Source: Cetorhinus maximus
Taxonomy: Eukaryota
DNA length: 64,000 nt
Direction of reading: 5' to 3'
NCBI RefSeq assembly: GCF_964194155.1
Contig: NC_135896.1
Coordinates: 28,768,001-28,832,000, forward strand
In this document: in pieces, positions 39,965 to 54,545 of the stretch
How the letters are laid out: every line of letters begins with the position of its first letter
Numbering within the stretch: the first letter of the stretch is position 1
Position numbers and translations under genes: made by a program
The notes under the pieces: model-generated
Told to the model about the DNA's origin: nothing
Database searches by the model: none
What the model saw: only the letters and a program-made list of their open reading frames with translations

Positions 39965-40420
39965 ATATAGGTTTAGATAAGATAGACAAAGATAAAACAA
40001 AAACAGAATTACCTGGAAAAACTCAGCAGGTCTGGCAGCATCGGCGGAGAAGAAAAGAGTTGACGTTTCGAGTCCTCATGACCCTTCAGCAGAACTGGAT
40101 AGACAAAGATAAGCTGTTTCCATTAGCTGATTGTCTAGGTTCTTGTACCCAGATTTATGATTTGGGGCAAGAGATGCAGGGGGAATGTAAGGAAATACCT
40201 TTTTTATGCAGTAATAGTAATGATCTGGAACTCTGTCTGAGGCTGGTGGAAGCAGAGACAATGAATGATTTGAAAAGGAAATTTGATGGGCACTTGAAGG
40301 AAATGAACTTGCAGGGTTACGAGAATGAAATGGGGGAATGGGACTGATTGCGTTTTTCTATAGAGAGCTGGCATGGACTCAAGGGGCAGAATGGCCTCCT
40401 TTGTCATTTATGATTCTACA
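39965..40420 (+). mobile_element. CR1-type LINE 3' fragment hosting the 102-bp PLE insertion
   Basis: 'GLDKIDKDK..LFPL', followed by a CR1 3' UTR. Confidence 0.75.
39996..40097 (-). mobile_element. 102-bp PLE family 2 mini-insertion carrying a minimal hammerhead motif (40058-40096)
   Basis: Perfect 15-bp TSD GATAGACAAAGATAA (39981-39995, 40098-40112). Minus strand: AGTT-CTGCTGA-A-GGGTC ATGAG GACTC-GAAA-CG-TC-AACT. Confidence 0.85.
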
Positions 40421-42024
40421 ATGATTTTCAGAACCTGTATTAACATGCACTTACCAGTTGCATTCCTTTCATCCATTCAATTACTTTTTAAAAAAAACTC
40501 TCAAACTGCTTAAGTACAATTTTCCTTTAACAAATTTCTGCTTGTTGTCCTTGATTAACTCATGTCTTTCTAAAGGCGCCATGACTTTATCCCAAACCAT
40601 GAATGCAAAGAGTATAGCCACAATCGATATTGGACTAACCGATCTAGTCACACAGTTTATCGTTTTCCCCCTGCCCACATTGCCCACTCTTCGCTCCATG
40701 AGAAGGATTTACATAATTAAGGGTTGAAAAATCATGACCAGAGTCTCTGCTATGTCCTTATTTCATCCACCTAGGATGTTTTCAGTACCAGTTCTTTACA
40801 GTTACATCTAATTGTTGCATATCCTCTTCAAACAGTCCATGTGCTTAGGAGTTAATTGGAGCTCTATCGGTGCAAATGTGTAGAAAATTGAAGCTTGCAG
40901 TTTTGAGGCATATCTCAGAATTGTAATCTTGAAGCTCATCACTGCTGATTTTTTTTTTGTAATCCAGTGCTTCTCCCATGAGCTCATGACACCCTTCTCA
41001 AGAATGAGTACAGCCGATAGCCCAGCTGTTGATGAACTGATTTCCAGATTTCACAATTTAATTAAGGAAAATCTGTCCTACCTAGGGAAGTTTGAAGAAA
41101 AATTAAAATAGCTATGCCTTATTGTTGTGGCATAGAAAAACCCCCATTTAATCAGGGAAGAAGATGACAGTTTGTTGTTTTGCATTGAGGTGATCTGCTT
41201 GGGACCAATCGATTTAGTTCTACTCACAGCAATGCCAAAGGAAAATTCAAAGAAAGTTGTAAATGGCAATATAATTTTTACTGCACAATCCCTGTGTCCA
41301 CACTGTTGAGACAGAGTTATGATGTGATAGGAATAACCAAAATATGCATTCCATAGTAGAGGAGATGAATATAACAAAATATAGGATAAAATAGATTTTT
41401 TTATTAAAAAGAGCATGCTCCCCTGTATATATGGGAAAGAAAACAAATAGAATCTAGAGAAAAGGGAAAAACTACAAAATCACCTGGAAGCTTCTAACAG
41501 AGCTAAAAGAGCTAAGGGGCTTTTTATGTCATGGAAGATTAATAAGTGGGAGGACTAAATACTTCAGAGCTAAGAAGGATAAATGAAAATAGTGTGGCTA
41601 TATTAGCAACCAAACAATCTGGGAAGTGAAATTTGAAAAAAAAAGGAACAAACTTCACATAAACTATAAAGGAAAGAGGACCTAATGGGAAGATTACAGG
41701 GAACTAGAAATGTGTCAAAACAGTGCCTGGAGCAGGGAAAAGGGAACTACAAATAAGCATAGTTGCAGATGATGAACACAATAGAAAGAAGTTATGATAG
41801 CACTATGATGGTAAGTGTACAAGGTGCACGATTGCCACAAACAGTAAAAGGATCATCAAGGAAGTGATTACTCAAGGAAGTGGAGTACTCAAATAATAGC
41901 CAGTGCTTTATAAGAGAATACTGGCTGAGAAACTGTTGACCTTTCTTGAGAATGGATAGTCCACCTGGACAATTGCAAACTGTATTAGATTTCCCAAAAA
42001 AAAATCGTTGGTGAACAGGACTCT

Positions 42025-43343
42025 TCGAAAATATCACCGGGATTAGACAAAGTCAACGTGGATTTATGAAAGCAAATATATTTGACAAAGCCTGCTGGAG
42101 TTTTTTGAGGACACGGCGAGTAGAATAGATGAAGGAGAATCAGTGGATGTAGTGTATTTGGATTTTCAAAAAGCTTTTGATTAAGTCCCACATAAGAGGT
42201 TAGTGTGCAAAAGTTAGTGTGCTCATGGGATTGGGTGTAATATATTGGCATGGCTTGAGAATTGGTTGACAGACAGGAGACAGAGTAGGAATAAATGGGT
42301 CTTTTTTGGAGTGGCTGGTGGTGACTAGTGGGGTACCGCAGGGATCAGTACTTGAGCCCTAGCTGTTCACAATATATATCAATGATTTAGATGAGGGAAT
42401 CAAATGTAATATTTCCAAGTTTGCTGACGACACGAAACTTGGTGGAATGTGAGTGGTGAGTAGGATGTAAAGAGGCTTCAAGACAATTTAGACAAGCTAA
42501 GTGAGTTGGCAAATGTATGGCAGATGCGGTATAACATGGGTAAGTGTGAAGTTATCCACCCTGGTAGGAAAAACAGAAGGCAGTGTGTTATTTAAATGGT
42601 GATAGATTGGGAAATGTTGATGTGTGAAGGGACCTGGGTGTCTTCGTCCACCAGTCACTGAAAGCAAGCGTGCAGGTGCATCCAGCAGTTAAGAAGGCAA
42701 ATGGTATGTTAACCTTCATTGCAAGAGGATTTGAGTATAGGAGCAAGGATGTCTTAATGTAGCTATACAGGGCCTTGCTGAGACCACACCTGGAGTATTG
42801 TGTGCAGTTTCGGTCTCCTTACCTCAAAGAATATACTTACCATAAGAAGGAGTGTAGTGAAGGTTCACCAGATAGATTCCTGGGATATCAGTATTGCTGT
42901 ATGAGGAGAGATTGGGCTGACTAGGCCTGTATTCACTGGAGTTTAGAAGAATGAGAGGGTAACTTGTTGAAACATATAAAATTCTGACAGGGCTGGGCAG
43001 ACTGGGTGCAGGGAGGATGTTTCACCTGGCTGAGGGGAGTCTAGAACAAAGGGTCACAGTCTGAGGATACGGGATAGGCCATCTAGGACTGAGATGAGGA
43101 GAAATTTCTTCACTCAGAAGTTGGTGAACTTGTGGAATTCTCTACCACAGAAGGCTGTGGAGGCCAAGTCATTGAATATATTTAAGAAGGAAATAGATTT
43201 CTAGACACTAAAGGCATCAAGGGGTATGGGGAGAGAGCGGGAGAATGATGTTGAGACAGAGGATCAGCCATGATCATATTGAATGGTGGAGCAGGTTCGA
43301 AGGGCTGCATAACCCACTCCTGCTCCTATTTTCTATGTTTCTT
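42025..43343 (+). mobile_element. CR1/HER1-type LINE RT to 3' end, inside a much older CR1 (~41100-43700)
   Basis: 'gtgtatttggattttcaaaaagctttt', 'ggggtaccgcagggatca', 'tttgctgacgacacgaaa'; tail cctattttctatgtttc. Confidence 0.88.
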
Positions 43344-43653
43344 CATAAAAGGCTGCTTTTACAATTAATAGTGAGAGTCCAATGTAAAACATTCATATAG
43401 ATGAAGAATTGGTTGAAGAAAAGCAAGAAGAGTAAGTACGTGTTAGGGAAATGAAGTCAATGTGGGGGAAGAAAGGGACAGCACTGAGTAATGTGCTATT
43501 TAGTTCAATGCTGGGACATTTGCAAATCCTAACCAACATTAATCATTTAGATCCAGGGACTTAATATAAACTATTTGATTTTATAGCAATTGAAGTACTT
43601 TAGTGGGCTGGGTGTTGAGGTTGACAAAGCAATTAAAAATCTACAAAATTTAG

Positions 43654-43851
<198 letters not shown>

Positions 43852-45109
43852 TGAATCAATGTCTTTTTGTTCTTTCCTACCCCCTCCCAAATGAACATAT
43901 GTACATTTTACATCAATCGTATTTAATTTGTAACAATCTGATTTGTTAAGCACATGTATTATATTCTTTTCTGAAATCTGAGATCACTTTGCTTAAAGTT
44001 TCTTCCTACGTGCTGAATACTGACATCATTTTGGTTTATTTAAATTGTCAATTTTAATCTTAAAGACAAATTAGTTATGAGGAATATTTTAATGTGTTCA
44101 AGGTTCTCTTTTATGGAGATTTGAACTGAATTCAGATCAAATTGATGAGAATTAAAACTGATACTATTATTATTGTACTTCAAAATGTACCTAGGTTTAT
44201 AAAATATTGAATGAAGGTTATTAGTGAAAAGGATTTAACACAGCTCTGTCATCCTGCCTTAGGTGAAGCAAGCAGTGATAAAGCACTAAGATAGTAAAAT
44301 AGTTATGATATCAAGAAACATAATCATGCCAAGAAATATCTGAAAGATAAACCACCCTGGCCAGTCTCAAAATTTAAAAACTGTCACAACACAGCAAAAA
44401 ATAAACTAGCTCCTTCTTCAGAGAATTTCACTCTTTTCATATAGAAAAGCAATACTTGAATTAAAAAAATCGCTTTCAACAAAAAAAAAAATAACGAACA
44501 TAATGATTATCTGGTCTCCAGTAAGGTCAACCTGAGATCGATGGGGTGCTGCAGGAAGCCATGCTACTGGCTTTGAAACAGGTGTATACTGAGATCTGGG
44601 AAAAGTTACTTTCAGCTAGAACTACTGCACATCTGGCAGGCTGTTTTTGGATCTGGAAATTCCATATCAGTCCCAAACGTCAGACCCAAAGTCCTGAATC
44701 AGTTGAAATCTCTGGAGCCATTTTTTTGAAGAAGGCAGGCCTCCTCTGTAACCAACATCATCCATAGAGGAAGATATTTACTAAAAGGTAGCTTTAAAGA
44801 AAGATATAGGTGAAGGGTAATGATAAAGGTGATATTTTGGTCCCATTATCAATAATTAAATGTGTTTGAAAACATATCCCCAGATTTGACAATGTTCTGT
44901 TTGGACTCTATTAGTTTGTCTGAATCTGGGTTTAAAATTGTTATAGTGCTGATGTACATTTTTGAAACTGCATATACTGGAAATGAATTACTTCAGCAAC
45001 CATTTTTAATTTTCTGTCATTCTTTGCATAAAAATCAATGGAAAAAGTAATAAAAAGATAAAAATGCAAGTTTTATTTGGGGAGTTTGTGACCAGGGGCA
45101 AGGTTGCAT

Positions 45110-47770
45110 TCATGATCCATGCCTGCCTCCTCCTCAGATCTCCACCATCACAGAAGCCGGTTTTCAGCCAATTTGATTCACTCCACGTGATATCAAGAAA
45201 AGGCTGAGCTCACTGGATACAGCAAAAGCTGTGCGCCCCAAGAACATACTGGCTACACAACATACTGGTTATAGTGATTGTTGGAGGTCAATCATCTCAG
45301 CCCCAGCACTTCACTGCAGAAATTCCTTAGACCATTATGCTAGGCCAAAGCATCTTTGGCTGCTTCATGACCTTCCCTTTGATTCACATAATGTGACATC
45401 AAGAAACAGCTGAAGGCATTGGTTACATGAAAAGCTATGGACCCTGACAACGTCCTGGCTGTATTGCTGAAGATATGCACTCCAAATCCACGCATGTCCC
45501 TAGTCAAGCTGTTCCAGTACAACTACGACACTGACATCTACCCAACAATGTGGAAAATTGCCCAGGTATGTTCTGTACACAAGCAGGAGAAAAGCAATGC
45601 AGCCAATTACAGTCCCATCAGTCTACACTCAAATATTAGCAAGGTAATGAAGGTGTTGTTGACAATGCTGTCAAGTGGCACTTATTTACCAATAATCTGC
45701 TCAATGATGCTCAGTTTGGGTTCTGGCAAGGCTCCTGGACTCTTCGACCTTCTTGAATTTAAGAGATGAAAAGAGAATGACTGCCATTGACATCAAGACA
45801 GCAGTGGACCGAATGGGGCATCAAGGAACCTTAGCAAAATTGGAGTTAGTGGAAATCAGGGGGAAACTCTCCACTGGTTGGAGTCATACCTAACACAAAG
45901 GTGGATGTTGGTGGCTGTTGGAGGTCAATCATCTCAATCCCAGGACATGGCTGCAGGAGTTCTTGAGAGCAGTACCCTAGGCCCAACCATCTTCAGCTGC
46001 TTATCAGTCACCTACCATTTATCAGGTCAGGAGTGGGGATGTTTGCTGATAATGATTGCACAGTGTTCAGTACCATTTGCTGCTCCTCAGATACTGAAGC
46101 AGTCTGTGCCTGCATGCAGCAAAACCTTGACAACACTCAGACCTGGACTTGTTTTTAATTGCTTCATGGGATGTGGGCATCACTGGCAAGGCCAGCATTT
46201 GTTGCCCATCCCTAATTGCCCTGGAGAAGGTGATGGTGAGCCTCCACCTTGAACCTCCTGCAGTCTGTCTGGTATGAGTACACCCACAGTGCTGTTCGGA
46301 AGAGAGTTTCAGGATTTCGACCCAGCGACAGTGAAGGAATGGTGATATAGCTCCAAGTCAGGATGGTGTATAGCGTGGAGGAGAACTTGCAGGTGGTGGT
46401 GTTAGCATGCATCCACTGCTCTTGTCCTTCTAGGTTGTAGAGGTCGCAGGTTTGGAAGATGCTGTTGGTGAGTTGCTGCAGTGCATCTTGTAGATGGTAC
46501 ACACTGCTGCCACCGTGAGTCATTGGTGGAGGGAGTGAATGTTTGAGTTGGAGGATGGAGTGCCGATCAAGCTGGCTGCTTTTGTCCTGGATGGTGTCGA
46601 GCTTCTTGAGTGTTCTTGAGGCAATAGTCACTGCTATCAATGCAAACAGTGTAGACCAAAGGACATGGAATGGCACAAGAGTGACAGGAGCAGTTAAGAT
46701 CAGTGAATTTGACTTCACACGCCATATGTTTTTAAAATTTATACATGGGATCTGAATATCGCTGGCAAAGCCAGCATTTGTTATGAGCAACAAAATCCTA
46801 CCATGACCCTGCGGGCAGAATCTTGTGCCATAGTGAATTTGGTGCCTAGGGATATTTAATCGAGTGGGAGGGTGGCAAGTGGGGACCTTGCCATCTTCCT
46901 GCTCGCATTTTAAGTCTGTGGTGATTGCGGCTCCAACAACGTTCCAAGAAGCTGGACACCATCCAGGACACAGCAGCCCAGTTGATCAGCACCCTATCCG
47001 CCACCTTAAATATTCACCCCCTCCACAACCGCATACAGTGGCAGTTGTGTGTACCACCTCCAAATGCACTTCAGCAACTCGCCAAGCCTCCTTTGACTGC
47101 ACCTTCTAAATCCATGAGTTTGATTGCTTAGAAAGATGAAAGCAGCAGATGCATGGGAACACCACCTGCAAGTTCCCTAGCAAGTCACACCATCTGGACT
47201 TTGAACTATATCACCATTCCTTCACTCTTGCTGTAACAGGAAACCTGGAAAACCCTTTCTAACAGCACTGTGGGTGTACCTACATCAGATGGGCTGCAGT
47301 GGTTCAAGAAGGCGGCTCACCACCACCTTCTCGAGGGCAGTTAGGGTTAAGCAACAAATGTTAACCATGCCAGCGATGCTTGCATCCCATGATTTTTTTT
47401 TTTAATGGTACGTGGAGATTAATTCACTCATCTTGACCATTCCTGTCATTGTGCTGCCCCGTGTCCTCTGGTCTACACTGTTTGCTTTGACAGCAGTGAT
47501 TATCTGCTCCCATTGCCTCAAGAATACTCAAGAAGCTCAACACCATCCAGGGCAAAGCAGCCTTCTTGACTGACACCCCACCCTCCAACTTGAACATTCA
47601 CTTCCTCCAGCGCAGTGATAGCAGTACCATATGCAAGATGCACTGCAGCAACTCACCAAGGCTCCTTCAACAGCATCTTCCAAACCTGCAACCTCGACCA
47701 TCTAGAAGGACAAGGGCAGCAGGTGCATGGAAACACCACCATCTTCAACTTCCCCTCCAAGCCACATATC
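45110..47770. mobile_element. Cluster of LINE family B fragments (+ ~45110-46150, - ~46150-46620, + ~46925-47400, + ~47520-47770)
   Basis: 'MWKIAQVCSVHKQEKSNAANYSPISL', 'LKKLDTIQDK', and shared 3' tails. Confidence 0.8.
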
Positions 47771-48847
47771 TCAAGATAAATGGCTATTGAAGGATCTTGG
47801 GGATGGCCATGATTTTTTTTCTCATTGGTTACAAAGCCAGAAGAATCTCCAGTTTGCACGGGCTAGAACTGATTTTTTTAACAATTATAATAAGACAAAA
47901 TTAAGGGCAGCTTGTTCCACACAACTGCCATTCCTTGTGCATCACAATATACTCCCTACCCTACCCAAAAATCATTAAACATCCAGGCCAATTAAAGGGA
48001 AAATATCTAGAAAATTCCTCTGACCCTCGCTTAGGTGATTTAAGTTAATCTAGGAGACCACTCTGGCCTGACTAATGTTCAGCTGTTTAAACCAAAAAAA
48101 GATATGAAGGTACTGAAAGTAATCTTCTGCACAAATTAATCTTTTTTGAAACTTGAGAAGAGGCAGTCTGGCTCTTTCCAGTTGCTTCTAAATGATGCTA
48201 CGTGAGAGAGATTATGTGGGAAATGAGCTCCTTGGCCCCCACCTTTAACAAGCAGTAACCTCTGAGGTAGATCGATGAGAATCTCCTTGGTATGTACTTG
48301 TCCTATCCAGTTACACCTATAGGGAATCTTAGTGTTGACAGCTGTGATTCTGTGTAATATTGTAGGTGACATGTTGTCTCTAGGCCACATTACTTTTTTT
48401 GAGGGATATATTGGGGCAGGTTGCATATAAATAGCAAGGTATTGCTGGTGAGTCAAATATGTGCAGTGATTTCCCTTCTAATGCCGATGACATTTTTTTT
48501 AAGTGGTCTGCAGCATCTTTTCGCTACAATGCTGCCTCACATCCATTTTTATATTATACAATTGTTGAGGCTGTACATGCTCATAATTATAACTTAATTG
48601 CTTATACATTTTTTAAATGTGGACCATTCTCCTGGACAACAATGAAAGTAGTTTGACACTATAAATTGTAATTCTGTTCTTAGTCCAGGAAAATTCTATA
48701 GTCTGCCAACAAATTTGCCCTTCATGTTATGAAGTTTAGCACAGCTGTATGTTATGAAAAAAAAAGTCTGCTTTCTCTTTAGGCATTCAATCATAGATCT
48801 GAAAATTACATTTCTTTTGTGTACATGTGTTTGTAACAGAAACCTAA

Positions 48848-49093
<246 letters not shown>

Positions 49094-49919
49094 TGAAAAA
49101 ATATAAAGTGTTGAAATATGTCAATTCTTTTGCCATTTATTTTTAGGTCTTCTAGAAAACTTTGCTTTCAATATGACTGAGGATTCAGACTAATGCTTTG
49201 AACAACTAAATGCCATTTACTTGTTAGATTATGGCCATTTGTTCTCCTGCGTTTACTACTTTCACCAACTAAGTAATAGAATCAGAGCGTGTTGATAATG
49301 CACAGCAGGCTCTTTGGCATCTGTGAAGGGAAAATGGAGGTTACTGAAGTTTTCAGTGTGTTATTGTATTTTGACCCATATTTAGTCATCAGTGGTGAAG
49401 TGATGGTGAAAAAATAAGTATGATTAAAAATAAATGCCAAAGACAACCAGAAATGTCTGTATTAAAGTATTTACACACTGCAGCTGGCTCACTGGGTTGA
49501 TAGTCCGCAGTCTCCTGGCCACTTAGTTTTCCCTCTCCAATCATTTCTCTTAACTCCACTCTCTGGCAAATGCAGTAGAAACATGTATTCCTCCGCACCA
49601 CCGCCAAAAACAGATTGTGCTCAACTAACTCATGTTTGTGGGGCCTTGCTGTGTGCATATTGGCTACTGTGCTTATCTACAAAGCTACAGTAACTACACT
49701 TCAAAAATAATTTTCTCTTTTCCTGTCTCTCGGTTTCTCTCACAAGTTCATGTGCTTTCAGTCTGGTCAGCCTCCTCGTGCTTCCTTCTGCCTCATGTTT
49801 TAAAAAAAAAACTTTTACGCATTCACTTAGCACAGATCTAGTTTTGAAAAAGTTTAAACAGCTAAATGAAAAGCACTACGCTTGTGTACTATTAGTGCCA
49901 TACTTAATTATATGTTCCA

Positions 49920-50790
49920 TGTAGTCAGCTGTGGCATCCTTCCATCTGCGTAAGATGATAAACATGCAGCAACTCAAATCCATTGAAGACGGGGTGGCTT
50001 CATATGGTGTGCTTTTGCTGATGGCTGAAGATCTGTGAGAGGCAGGCTACCACAAGTACAGCATCAGAAATGGTTCTCAGATGTTGTTGTGGGTTCCTGT
50101 TTTCTGTGTTGGCACCTGTTGGCAAAGCTGCTGTAGCCACTGATCGCCATGGTAACACATGCCAGCCCACAGGTGATATTTCTATTTTCCTCTTGTCAGC
50201 TAGTATCTCCCAGGATTGAGAATCTGTGATTAGGGCCTCCATGTCACACTTGAAGTGAAGGTTTGGTTGTCCTACTAGTTGTCAGGCTCCAGCTACCTTG
50301 CCACACAGAAAATCCTTGAGAATGTGACCATCTTCCAGCCTGTGAATGTACCTGAGCCAGGGAGGTCGCCTCTGTTTAATGAGTGCCAACGTACTTGGCA
50401 GCTTTGCCTTTGAGAGGACTGCCACATTTGTGATTTTGCCCTTTCATTAGATGCCCAGAATGCACTGCAAACAGCAAAGATGAAAGTTGCTGAGCTTCCC
50501 TTCTTGATAGCTGTGGATCGTCCATGTTTCACAGCCGTACAGCAAGGTGCTGAGAACACAAACCTCCAACCAGCATCTTGGTCCTAAGAGTCAGCTTGAT
50601 GTTATTCCATGTGCGTTGGCCAAAGGTGGTAGATGCTTTCCCAATGCATGTATTAATTTCTACATCAAGAGACAGTTTATCTGTCACCATGGACCAAAGG
50701 TCACAGAATTTGCTAACCACTTCCACTGAGGTATGTTTAGCGTGATCATGGGTGCAGATGCGGACACCTTGGCCCATGACCATGGCTTCC
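49920..50790 (-). mobile_element. RTE-clade (BovB-like) LINE 3' part, decayed
   Basis: 'LSLDVEINTCIGKASTTFG..RTWNNIKLTLRTKMLV' followed by 'VLSTLLYGCETW'. Confidence 0.8.
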
Positions 50791-50888
50791 TTGACAAATT
50801 CAGAGAGAACAGTTTAAAGACATGGAGAGACAATTCATGAAAATTGGTACATATTTCAATGCCCTGCAAATAGCAACACATTCAAGTG

Positions 50889-51252
50889 GAGATGGTGGTG
50901 TAGTGGTAAATGTCACTGAACTAATATTCTAGAGGCCCAGGCTAATGTCAAGGGTTCAAATCCCACCACGGCAGCTGGTGGAATTTAAATTCAGTTAATA
51001 AATCTGGAATTGAAAGCTAGTCTCAGTAATGGTAAACACCTATATGGTTCACTAGGGTCCTTTATGGAAGGAAATCAGCTGCCCTTACCTGGTCTGGTCT
51101 ACATGTGACTCTAGACCCACAGCAATGTGGTTGACTCTTAACTGCCCTCTGAAATGGCCTGGCAATCCATTCAATTCAAGGGGCATTAAGGATGGGCAAC
51201 AAATGCTGGCCTTGCCAGTGATACCCACATCCATGAAAGAATAAAGAAAAAA
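50889..51252 (+). mobile_element. tRNA-derived SINE with LINE family B tail
   Basis: A box tggtgtagtgg, B box ggttcaaatcc; tail gggcaacaaatgctggccttgccagtga...aagaataaagaaaaaaa. Confidence 0.82.
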
Positions 51253-51408
51253 ATGGTGGTTGTTCTTTGTAATTACAAATGCACAAGTGGGTAACGTTTG
51301 ATCTGTTTGATGTATATTTCAAAATGTGGCTGTTTTGTAATACTGCACATAAAGACTTCATGTTACAAAAGTTAACTTAAAGTAACAACAAAGTGACGCT
51401 TTATTTAA

Positions 51409-51588
<180 letters not shown>

Positions 51589-52227
51589 TAAACTTTCATT
51601 TAGCATCAAAATTCATTAATAAGGCTGAATGTGGGAATGTATGTGTGGATATCTTGGGTTTGCAGAGCAATAAGTGGCTTTGAAAAATGTTTGGTATAAT
51701 GCTCTTCATTCTCTTGTATTTTAGTCTATGAATGTTAATATATTTGTCTAGGAATATGAATATATTTGACTAAAGATCCTGTTGTGATTTTTTGGGATTT
51801 ACTGTTAAGTAATTCCCTAAAAACAGCCCTGATTTGGGAAAATAGAGGATGGAGAATTTCACCCTCTTTTACCTCCCTAACCCCACCAATATCCTTCAAT
51901 TACACTTTAAAACTACGGCCTCCGTCTGGAGCAGGGGAAATATGAGGCATTCTGTGGTCTTTTGCTGCAGGAATGCAAAATTAAGCTCCTTTCCCTAAAT
52001 CACTTTGTCAGGAGCAGTAAGCAGGCTAGCAAAGGAAGAGAAAATATGTGGTCTGATCAGTGACACTCTTGAGCTGGTGCAAAGTGGGGCCTGTAGAAGC
52101 TAGTGATTTTTATAAAATATTTTTTACTACATTTCTGTAGGTTACCACTTTCCTAATACTTTCTGCATGAAGGTGTGCCTTCGGATGCATCTGGCCTCCA
52201 TGTATTGTGCATCTGTAGGAGTCAAGT

Positions 52228-52590
52228 GTCAGCTTGGCTAAGTGGTGGCCCTCTTGCATTTGAGTGAGAAGGTTGTGGGTTCAAGCCTCACTCCAGGGCT
52301 TCAGTGTATAATCTACTGAAATGTATCATCTTTCAGAAGAGATGTTAAACTGAGGCTCTCTATGTATGCCTGTTCTGGCGGACAAGAAAAGATCCCATGG
52401 CTCTACTTGAAGATTCTGTTGATCTACCAAATACCTATTCCTCAGCCATCACCAGAAAAGCTCATTAACTGACCATGTTTGTTGGCTGCCTTGTTTGCCT
52501 AAAACAGTGACTAATTTATTGGCTATGAAATGCCTTGGGATGTCCTGATGACATGATAGGCACTATATAATTGCACCTCCTTTCTTGCAT
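52228..52590 (+). mobile_element. Deu-domain tRNA-SINE, decayed
   Basis: gtcagcttggctaagtgg (A box), gggttcaagcc (B box); L2-type tail ggcactatataattgca. Confidence 0.7.
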
Positions 52591-53980
52591 GATTTTTGAA
52601 GAAATAATTAATCAGTTAAGCTACCAACCAAACATAAGTTGACTGAATATAGTGGGAGCAAACTGTATGTGACAAAATGTGCGTTTAAAGAATGAGCAAC
52701 CAGCAGAAAAGTAGGCAATCAATTTTTAAAAATTCCTTCATGGGATGTGGGCTTCGCTGGCTGGGCCAGCATTTATGGCCCATCCCTAGTTGCCCTTGAG
52801 AAGGTGATGGTGAGCTGCCTTCTTGAACCGCTGCAGTCCATTTGGTGTAGGTACAATCTCTTTCGCTCTGCCATTTGCCTTCTTCACCTTGGTGAATGTA
52901 CACAAGTAATAGCGTAAGTTAAATATGTTTTAAAAAATGCACAATTCTAAAGTAACTCACTCATTAAAAATGTTAAAAATGCTTGCCAAGAAATTACCTT
53001 GTAAAGGCCTCACTTCTCCTTGGAGCTGAGGTTTCCATTGAAGATTTTGCCAAAGCCTTAGATTTCTTAAAATTCTTAAAATTTCTCCAAGAGGTGATCT
53101 TTAGAACTTTGATAAGCACCATGGAAGTGTTAGATCCAGGATATTGCCACAAATTCCACTGTGGGAATAAGGCAAGAGCACATGGGTTGAAACTAGTAAG
53201 AAGCAAATTTAGGACTTGTCAGAAAGTTTTTGATACAGTGCGGCCTATAGATTGGAATTCTGGGCTAAGTGCTGGGGGGCAAAGATCCTGGAATCATTTG
53301 AACAATTGGATGCTGCAATGGGATTGTAGAGGCTTTGATTAGAGATGCTAAAATGGGTTGAGTTGCCGTACTCCATATTTTATATTGTACTTTTATGAAA
53401 GTAGTTAACCAATTACAATTGTGAAAATGATTTGTGCAAAATTCCCAATAGGTTTACACTATCTACAGAGTAAACCCATGTTTCCTGCCGCAAATCACCA
53501 GTAGTTCCTGATTTACCCTGACTTCTGTTGCACTGTTTTCAACTTTGGTGCTGTCTTACAGCATGTGTCCCTCCCTGACCTTTCATCTACACTTCTTAAT
53601 CATATGTTATTTAAAAAAAACTGGGTAATTTTCTGAATGTTTTGTTTTGTACTTCTGCTATGCAGTTATTTTGTAACAGGAATCTTTTTCATGGAGCTGG
53701 TTTAAAGTGATGTAAGTTTGTGACATTGCATTCATGCTGTGCATTAGTTGACCTGCCGCTGAGTTGTGGCTTGTAGGGAATCAATTATTTAATTTTGGTC
53801 AGTAGGTTCAGCAATCTTGATTAGTTATTTTCATGTTGACTTGGTTGTCACTTCATTAAATGTTGTATTTACAGATTACATGCATAAATATACACACAGA
53901 TGTAAACATGCACACCAAGCAGTCTAGCATGGGGCTACTTTAGACACAAATCTTTAATGTGAAAAAATCCAAGCTAACAC

Positions 53981-54545
53981 CATAGAAACATAGAAACTAG
54001 GAGCAGGAGTAGGCCATTCGGCCCTTTGAGCCTGCTCCGCCATTCATTATGATCATGGCTGATCATCCAACTCAATTGCCTGTTCCCGCTTTCTCCCCAT
54101 ACCCTTTGATCCCTTTCGCCCCAAGAGCTATATCTAACTCCTTGAAAGCATACAATCTTTTGGTCTCAACTACTTTCTGTGGTAACGAATTCCACAGGCT
54201 CACCATTCTCTGAGTGAAGAAATTTCTCCTCATCTCAGTCCTAAATGGTCTACCCCGTACCCTCAGACTGTGACCCCTGGCTCTGGGCTCCCCCACCATC
54301 GGGAACATCCTTCCTGCATCTACCCTGTCTAGTCCTGTTAGAATTTTATAGGTTTCTACGAGATCCCCCCTCATTCTTCTGAACTCCGAATATAATCCTA
54401 ACCGACTCAATCTCTCCTCATATGTCAGTCCCGCCATCCCAGGAATCAGTTGGGTAAACCTTCGCTGCACTCCATCTATAGGAAGAACATCTCTCCTCCA
54501 ATAAAGAGACCAAAACTGCACACAATATTCCAGGTGTGGTCTCAC
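53981..54545 (-). mobile_element. Young CR1/HER1-type LINE 3' fragment
   Basis: ORF 54072..54569(-) 'VRPHLEYCVQFWS...RRNFFTQRMVSLWNSLP'; (catagaaa)2 tail. Confidence 0.9.

Noticed and set aside
50889-50970. tRNA gene
   Set aside because: A/B boxes are present but there is no cloverleaf, and it continues into a SINE body and LINE tail.
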